In this document: one piece after another, positions 59,090 to 64,000 of the stretch
How positions within the stretch are numbered: position 1 is the stretch's first letter
Layout of the letters: every line of letters begins with the position of its first letter
Source of the DNA: Acidobacteriota bacterium
Lineage (GTDB): Bacteria; Acidobacteriota; UBA890; WLXD01
Assembly: GCA_965205505.1 (NCBI GenBank)
Contig: CBDBHB010000009.1
Span: 1,920,001-1,984,000, forward strand
Direction of reading: 5' to 3'
Length of the DNA: 64,000 bases
The notes under the pieces: generated by a model
Seen by the model: only the letters and a program-made list of their open reading frames with translations
Database searches by the model: none
Told to the model about the DNA's origin: nothing
Position numbers and translations under genes: made by a program

Positions 59090-60166
59090 TCAGCGAGAGG
59101 TATTTGGCAGGAGCCCGCGCGCGATGGCGAGCTCGGCGGCCAGGATCGCGCCTCCGGCGGCGCCCCGTACGGTGTTGTGCGACAGGGCCACGAACTTGAA
59201 GTCGAGAACCGGGCAATCTCGTAGGCGCCCCACGGACACTGACATGCCCTTTCCCAGGTCGCGGTGCAGTCGCGGTTGTGGATCGGCGACCCCGGTCAGA
59301 TAGTGCACCGGGCGAGTCGGTGCTGAAGGGAGCCCGAGCTGCTGGGGCTCGGCGCTGAAGCGATCCCAGGCTTTCAACAGGTCGTCTCGCGTCGCCGCGC
59401 TACCTAGCCGGACGGAGACGCACGAGGTGTGTCCGTCGATCACCGCGACGCGATTGCAGGCGGCACTAACGACGATCGGCGCCGGATTGATCGCACCTGC
59501 TTCCAGCACCCCGAGGATCTTGCAGCATTCAGTCTCGATCTTGTCTTCCTCTCCGTCGATGTACGGCAGTACGTTGTCGAGCATCTGTAGACTCGATACC
59601 CCGGGAAGCCCTGCGCCCGAGACCGCCTGTAGCGTGACCACTGAGAACGCCTCGACGCCGAAGACGTCGAACAGCGGCTTCAGGGCCAGCACAACGCCGA
59701 TGGTGGAGCAGTTGGGGTTGGTGATGATGGCACCGGAATGTTGCTGCAGAGGGGCCAGGTCGAGGTGCGCCGCATTGACCTCGGGCACGAGCAGCGGCAC
59801 GTCTGCGTCCATGCGGTGGTTCTTGGCGTTGGACACGACCAGCGACCCGGCCTCGGCAAAGCCGCTCTCGATGTCGCCGGCGACACTCGAGTCCAGCGAC
59901 GAGAACGCCAGCGGGCAATCTTCGCGAGACGCACACCGTTGCACGATCATTCCGGCGACGCGATCGGGCAGGGGAGTGGATTGAACCCAGTTAGTGGCCT
60001 CGTAGTAGCTTTTGCCGGCGGATCGGTCCGAGGCCATGAGCGCACGGATGTCGAACCACGGGTGCTCTGCCAGCAGGCTTACGAAACGCTGGCCGACGCT
60101 CCCGGTGGCGCCCAGCACGCAGACCGGGATCTTTTCACTGAGTCCGAGGTCTCGCAGGGTCCTCAC
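59090..60166 (-). CDS. asd: Aspartate-semialdehyde dehydrogenase
   Basis: GATGSVGQ, SNA..HRM, NPNCST, QAVSGAG, CNRV.V.DGH, HNTVRGAAG. Confidence 0.95.
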   Translation of the reverse strand: MRTLRDLGLSEKIPVCVLGATGSVGQRFVSLLAEHPWFDIRALMASDRSAGKSYYEATNWVQSTPLPDRVAGMIVQRCASREDCPLAFSSLDSSVAGDIESGFAEAGSLVVSNAKNHRMDADVPLLVPEVNAAHLDLAPLQQHSGAIITNPNCSTIGVVLALKPLFDVFGVEAFSVVTLQAVSGAGLPGVSSLQMLDNVLPYIDGEEDKIETECCKILGVLEAGAINPAPIVVSAACNRVAVIDGHTSCVSVRLGSAATRDDLLKAWDRFSAEPQQLGLPSAPTRPVHYLTGVADPQPRLHRDLGKGMSVSVGRLRDCPVLDFKFVALSHNTVRGAAGGAILAAELAIARGLLPNTSR

Positions 60167-62616
60167 GTGGGTACTCCCTCTCGTGCTGGTCGCGGCACGG
60201 CCACCGTCGCGCCCGAGTCTCTCACTGCTCTGAGGATATCCACTAGCACGCCGGCGGCGGTCACCGCGGGACCCGCCCCGGGGCCCTGCACCACCAGCGG
60301 CGTGTCACTGTAGCGCTCGGTCCAGAAAGCGAAGAGGTTGTCGCGATCTCGGACACCGGCACACGGATGCTCGGAAGAGATCTCCCGCAGACCGACGCTT
60401 GCTCCCTGATCATCCAGCCTGGCCAAATAGCACAGGCTGTGGCCGCCTCGCGCGCTTTCTGCTTGGCGCTGCGCGAAGCCTTCGTCGAGGGTCTCCAGCC
60501 CGGCCCAGAACTCGTCGAGCGACCCCGCGGTGAGCGATGCATCGGTGACCAGTGGCTCGACTCGAATGTCGCCGGGCTCCAGCGCGCGCCCTGCCACCCG
60601 TGCCAGGATCAGCATCTTGCGGGCCACGTCCATGCCGCTCAGATCATCACGCGGATCGGGTTCCGTGTAGCCCGCCTCGTGCGCCTGGCGCACCGCGGCG
60701 CTGAACGCCACACCGTGTCTCAATCTGTCCATCAAGTAACTCAGGGTCCCTGAGAAGGTGCCCTCGATCTTCAGCAGACGGTCACCGCTCGCCAACAAAT
60801 CGGTCAGTGTGCGGATCACCGGTAGGCCGGCGCCAACCGTAGCCTCGTGGTACAAGCCAGCGTTGCCCGCGGGTGCCCCGCGGATGGCCTCCCAGGCATG
60901 GAACGTGCTCGCCAGCGGCTTCTTGTTTGCGGTGGCCACGGCGACGCCGGCACGCAGCAGCGGCGCATAGACTTCCCCGATCTCCTCCGACGCGGTGCAG
61001 TCCACGAACACCCGACAGCCGTCGAGGCCGCGAGTCCACTCCACCAGCTCGGTCAGGTCCGCGGCGCGCTCGCCCGCTTCCCCGTCGACCAGGCCCGTGC
61101 TGCTCATGCTCATGAGGCGGCTGTTGGCGACTCCGACGACCACCAGGCCGGGCTGCATCTTGGCGGCTGCCCGCAGCTGTCGTAGTAGCTCCGACCCCAC
61201 TCTACCGGTGCCTACGACCACGATGCGTGCCTGTACGGGGTCTTCGAACAAGCACGCGTGGGTCGCCCGGAGTGCACGGCCTTCGTCCGCCCTGTCGACG
61301 ACCAACGAGATGTTGAGCTCCGAGGAGCCCTGGGCGATCGCGTGAATGTTCACCCCGCCGGCGCCCAGTACACTGCACAGCTTTCCGGCAATTCCAGGGG
61401 TGTGGCGCATGCCCTCACCGACCGCCGCCAGCACGGTGAGGTCGTGCTCTACGACGAGCTCGTCGATGAGCCCGGTACTCCGCTCGAAACGGAACTCCCT
61501 GTCGATCCGTACGCGTGCCTCGTCGATCGCGTCAGGCGGAACGGCCAGGCAGATGGAGTGCTCGCTGGATGACTGGCTGATCAGGATGACGTTTATCTCC
61601 TGACCAGCCAGCGCGCCGAACAGGCGCGCGGCAATTCCGGGCGTACCGACCATGCCGTCGCCCTCCAAACGCATCAGACTGACCCGGCTAATCGACGCGA
61701 TCCCGGACACCGCCCGCGACCGATTCGGGCGCTCGTTGTCGATGCGTGTGCCGGCGAAGCCAGGATTCATGGTGTTGCGAATTAGCAGGGGGATAGACGC
61801 GTTGCGTGCCGGGCGCACGGTCGGCGGATAGACCACTTTGGCGCCGAAGTGCGACAGCTCCATGAGCTCTTCGTAGCTGAGGTGGCCGATCGGGCGGGCC
61901 GCGGGAACGAGCCGCGGGTCGGCGCTCAGAACGCCGTCGACGTCGGTCCAGATTTCGATCACTTCTGCGCCGACGGCCGCCCCGGCCAGCGCCGCCGTCA
62001 GATCTGACCCGCCGCGTCCGAGCGTGGACGTCTTGCCGTCGGTGGTCGAGGCGATGAAGCCGGTGAGCACAGGTACTCCTTCTACCTCCATGAGATGGGC
62101 GCGAAGACGCTCGTAGGTGGCTTCCGTTTCCACCGCTGCGGCGCCGAAGCGTCGATCGGTGACGATTAGCTGCCGAGCATCACAGGGTTCGGCTGCCAAC
62201 CCTTCGCGTCGCAGCGCTTCGGCAACGACTTCGACCGACAGGCGCTCGCCGACAGAGAGGATCGAGTCGAGCGTCCGTGGGCTGCATTCGCCCACCAGGG
62301 TGACGCCTCGCAGACGGTCGCGTAGCCCACCCAGCACGGACTCGAGCCGCCCGGCCAGCACGTCACGGTCCGTTGGATCCCCAAGGGCCTCGAGCGCTTC
62401 CATGTGGCGCGACTCGATTTCGTCGCAGGTCGCCTCGAAGTCAGCGCCCGCGGCGGCTTGCTCCGACGCGCCGAGCAGCGCGTCGGTGACGCCACCCATG
62501 GCGGATACCACCATGCAGACGTTGTTGCTGATGGTCGCCTGCGCAACGATGCGCGCCGCCGCCGCTATCCGGTCGGCGTTCTGGAGCGACGTCCCGCCGA
62601 ACTTCAGGATCTTCAT
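60163..62616 (-). CDS. thrA: Bifunctional aspartokinase/homoserine dehydrogenase
   Basis: KFGGTS, TLGRGGSD, WTDVDG, two ACT domains, G.GRVG, ANKK, EATVGAGLP, GYTEPDPRDDLSG.D. Confidence 0.95.
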   Translation of the reverse strand: MKILKFGGTSLQNADRIAAAARIVAQATISNNVCMVVSAMGGVTDALLGASEQAAAGADFEATCDEIESRHMEALEALGDPTDRDVLAGRLESVLGGLRDRLRGVTLVGECSPRTLDSILSVGERLSVEVVAEALRREGLAAEPCDARQLIVTDRRFGAAAVETEATYERLRAHLMEVEGVPVLTGFIASTTDGKTSTLGRGGSDLTAALAGAAVGAEVIEIWTDVDGVLSADPRLVPAARPIGHLSYEELMELSHFGAKVVYPPTVRPARNASIPLLIRNTMNPGFAGTRIDNERPNRSRAVSGIASISRVSLMRLEGDGMVGTPGIAARLFGALAGQEINVILISQSSSEHSICLAVPPDAIDEARVRIDREFRFERSTGLIDELVVEHDLTVLAAVGEGMRHTPGIAGKLCSVLGAGGVNIHAIAQGSSELNISLVVDRADEGRALRATHACLFEDPVQARIVVVGTGRVGSELLRQLRAAAKMQPGLVVVGVANSRLMSMSSTGLVDGEAGERAADLTELVEWTRGLDGCRVFVDCTASEEIGEVYAPLLRAGVAVATANKKPLASTFHAWEAIRGAPAGNAGLYHEATVGAGLPVIRTLTDLLASGDRLLKIEGTFSGTLSYLMDRLRHGVAFSAAVRQAHEAGYTEPDPRDDLSGMDVARKMLILARVAGRALEPGDIRVEPLVTDASLTAGSLDEFWAGLETLDEGFAQRQAESARGGHSLCYLARLDDQGASVGLREISSEHPCAGVRDRDNLFAFWTERYSDTPLVVQGPGAGPAVTAAGVLVDILRAVRDSGATVAVPRPAREGVPT

Positions 62617-62646
62617 GTGAACAACCGGAGCTCGTGATTGCCGTGG

Positions 62647-63204
62647 TCAGTAGCCGCGTCGGTACTCGCCGTCGAACACCGTCGCCCAAATCGCGTCGCG
62701 GTCGGCGCGTTGCTCCCAGTGCTGGCGGACGTGGTCGCTCTCGAGCGGTGTCCAAGTGATGCGGCTAGTGCCCGCATCGTCGACCATCCTCATCCGCCCG
62801 TCCTCGAAGCTGCCGTTGATGTACAGCGGCGCTCCGGCGACATCGATCCAGGTCTGGTGCCACTTCCCGCTGGCGTCGTCGTAGAAGTTGTAGCTGGAGC
62901 CGCGATGGCCCGTGCCGCCGCGCCAGCTCTCGTGCAGTGCGCAGCCGCCCAGTACTTTGTCGATGCGATTGCTCCCGACTCGCTGGCCCTGCGGGTTGAA
63001 GACCTCCCAATCCCCGATCCAGAAATCGAACTGCCGATGCTCGGGCGTCGAACACGGAGGCTGTTGTTGCTGCTGCTGCTGCTGCTGTGGGGCACTGACG
63101 GATAATCCGTCGTCGTGCCCGGGCTCGATGTGCCCGGGCGTGCGTGCGGGTGCGGCCGCCACTAGCACGGCGGCGGTGATCAGGACGGTATGTCGAATTC
63201 GCAT
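62647..63204 (-). CDS. Secreted hypothetical protein with poly-Gln linker
   Basis: Signal peptide, Q9, C..PE.RQFDFWIG.W, GC.L.E.W, W.QTW.D. Confidence 0.8.
   Translation of the reverse strand: MRIRHTVLITAAVLVAAAPARTPGHIEPGHDDGLSVSAPQQQQQQQQQPPCSTPEHRQFDFWIGDWEVFNPQGQRVGSNRIDKVLGGCALHESWRGGTGHRGSSYNFYDDASGKWHQTWIDVAGAPLYINGSFEDGRMRMVDDAGTSRITWTPLESDHVRQHWEQRADRDAIWATVFDGEYRRGY
63061..63087 (-). repeat. CAG/CAA trinucleotide repeat (Q9)
   Basis: (CAG)6(CAA)2CAG on the minus strand. Confidence 0.9.
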
Positions 63205-63235
63205 GATGATGCTCTCGGGGATGCGTTGCGCGCGC

Positions 63236-63688
63236 CTACGACGCCATGCCTTTGTCGGACAGCTCTCGTTCAGCGTCGGCCGATTTCGGCAGGTTCTCCA
63301 GGCCCATGCCTCGCAGAACCCCGGGTGTCTTGCTGAACTGGATGTTGGCGTACTCCACGATCTGAATGTGGTTTCCCCAGGGGTCTCGGAACTCCGGTCC
63401 CGGAGATGGAAGGATCTCAACGTCGAGGCTTGCCAGGTGCGCGCGAGCGAGCTCCATGTTGTCGACGACGAGGCCGAAGTGCCTTTCCTCGTCGGGCTGT
63501 CGTGAGGCGCTCTCTGCGAGGGCGAGGAACTGGTCGCCCATATCCAGAAACGCCATGTGCTCGAACCGGTTGCGGAACTCGAGCTCGAAGATCCGACCAT
63601 AGAAGTCGAGCGCTTCATCCAAGTTGTCGACCTCCAGCACGACATGGTTGATGCCGACCATCCGTACCTTGTGAGTTGTGTCGCTCAT
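63236..63688 (-). CDS. VOC/glyoxalase family protein
   Basis: GINHVVLEV, A..FY, HFGLVVD, FRDPWGN. Confidence 0.9.
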   Translation of the reverse strand: MSDTTHKVRMVGINHVVLEVDNLDEALDFYGRIFELEFRNRFEHMAFLDMGDQFLALAESASRQPDEERHFGLVVDNMELARAHLASLDVEILPSPGPEFRDPWGNHIQIVEYANIQFSKTPGVLRGMGLENLPKSADAERELSDKGMAS

Positions 63689-63970
63689 ATGCGTTCCCTC
63701 GGCCGAGCCAAAGCAAGCAAATGGGATTGTGTCCTAAACGCGGTAGCGGAGTCAGCGCTTCCACACACGCGCCACGGTTGGATTGCTGCCCCCTTTTCTG
63801 AGCCTTGGAGCGGTGAAGACTATCATCGCGATCCCTTGTTCCGATCGCAAAGAACATGTGCTAGCTTGCGCCACAGCTACGGGGCTCGGCCGGGCTTGGG
63901 GCTCCCCTACGGCCAAGGCGGGCCGAGTGGCGCGCTGCTGCTTCTGCCCCGGCGAAATGAGGAGATTGCG

Positions 63971-64000
63971 ATGAAGTTCACCGACCGTGAGCTCGGGATG
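63971..64000 (+). CDS. 5' end of a gene cut by the window edge
   Basis: AGGAGA RBS + MKFTDRELGM. Confidence 0.5.
   Translation, partial: MKFTDRELGM

Noticed and set aside
1-64000. CRISPR array, tRNA, rRNA, autonomous IS, prophage or defence system
   Set aside because: No regularly spaced repeats, RNA gene signatures, transposase, integrase or phage/defence motifs were seen by eye.

Overview
High-GC window, probably from an Acidobacteriota-like heterotroph. This is inferred from the DUF5916/CBM9 paralogues, an Oar-like TonB receptor remnant, TPR proteins and a giant M14 peptidase. Gene content is dominated by amine, amino-acid and betaine catabolism: a carnitine dehydrogenase with a BKACE cleavage enzyme, a non-Pyl MttB, an oxoprolinase/hydantoinase pair with an SSS transporter, SoxCD, and thrA-asd. 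The best candidate for an undescribed system is at 26.4-34.1 kb. There a lysine 2,3-aminomutase sits divergent from an operon encoding a P5C-dehydrogenase-like ALDH, a GabT-like omega-transaminase, a CatIJ-type 3-oxoadipate CoA-transferase and a YodT-like transaminase. Together these would give a B12- and acetylation-independent route lysine -> beta-lysine -> 3-aminoadipate -> beta-ketoadipate. The window also has a modular family of CTAG/TAG-targeting MITEs (eight copies or remnants plus a 10 bp end scar) with three different terminal repeats around shared hairpin cores, two MITE-bracketed gene blocks, and about eight disrupted or deleted genes. I saw no rRNA, tRNA, CRISPR array or transposase. 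All family assignments come from motif recognition by eye, not from database searches.
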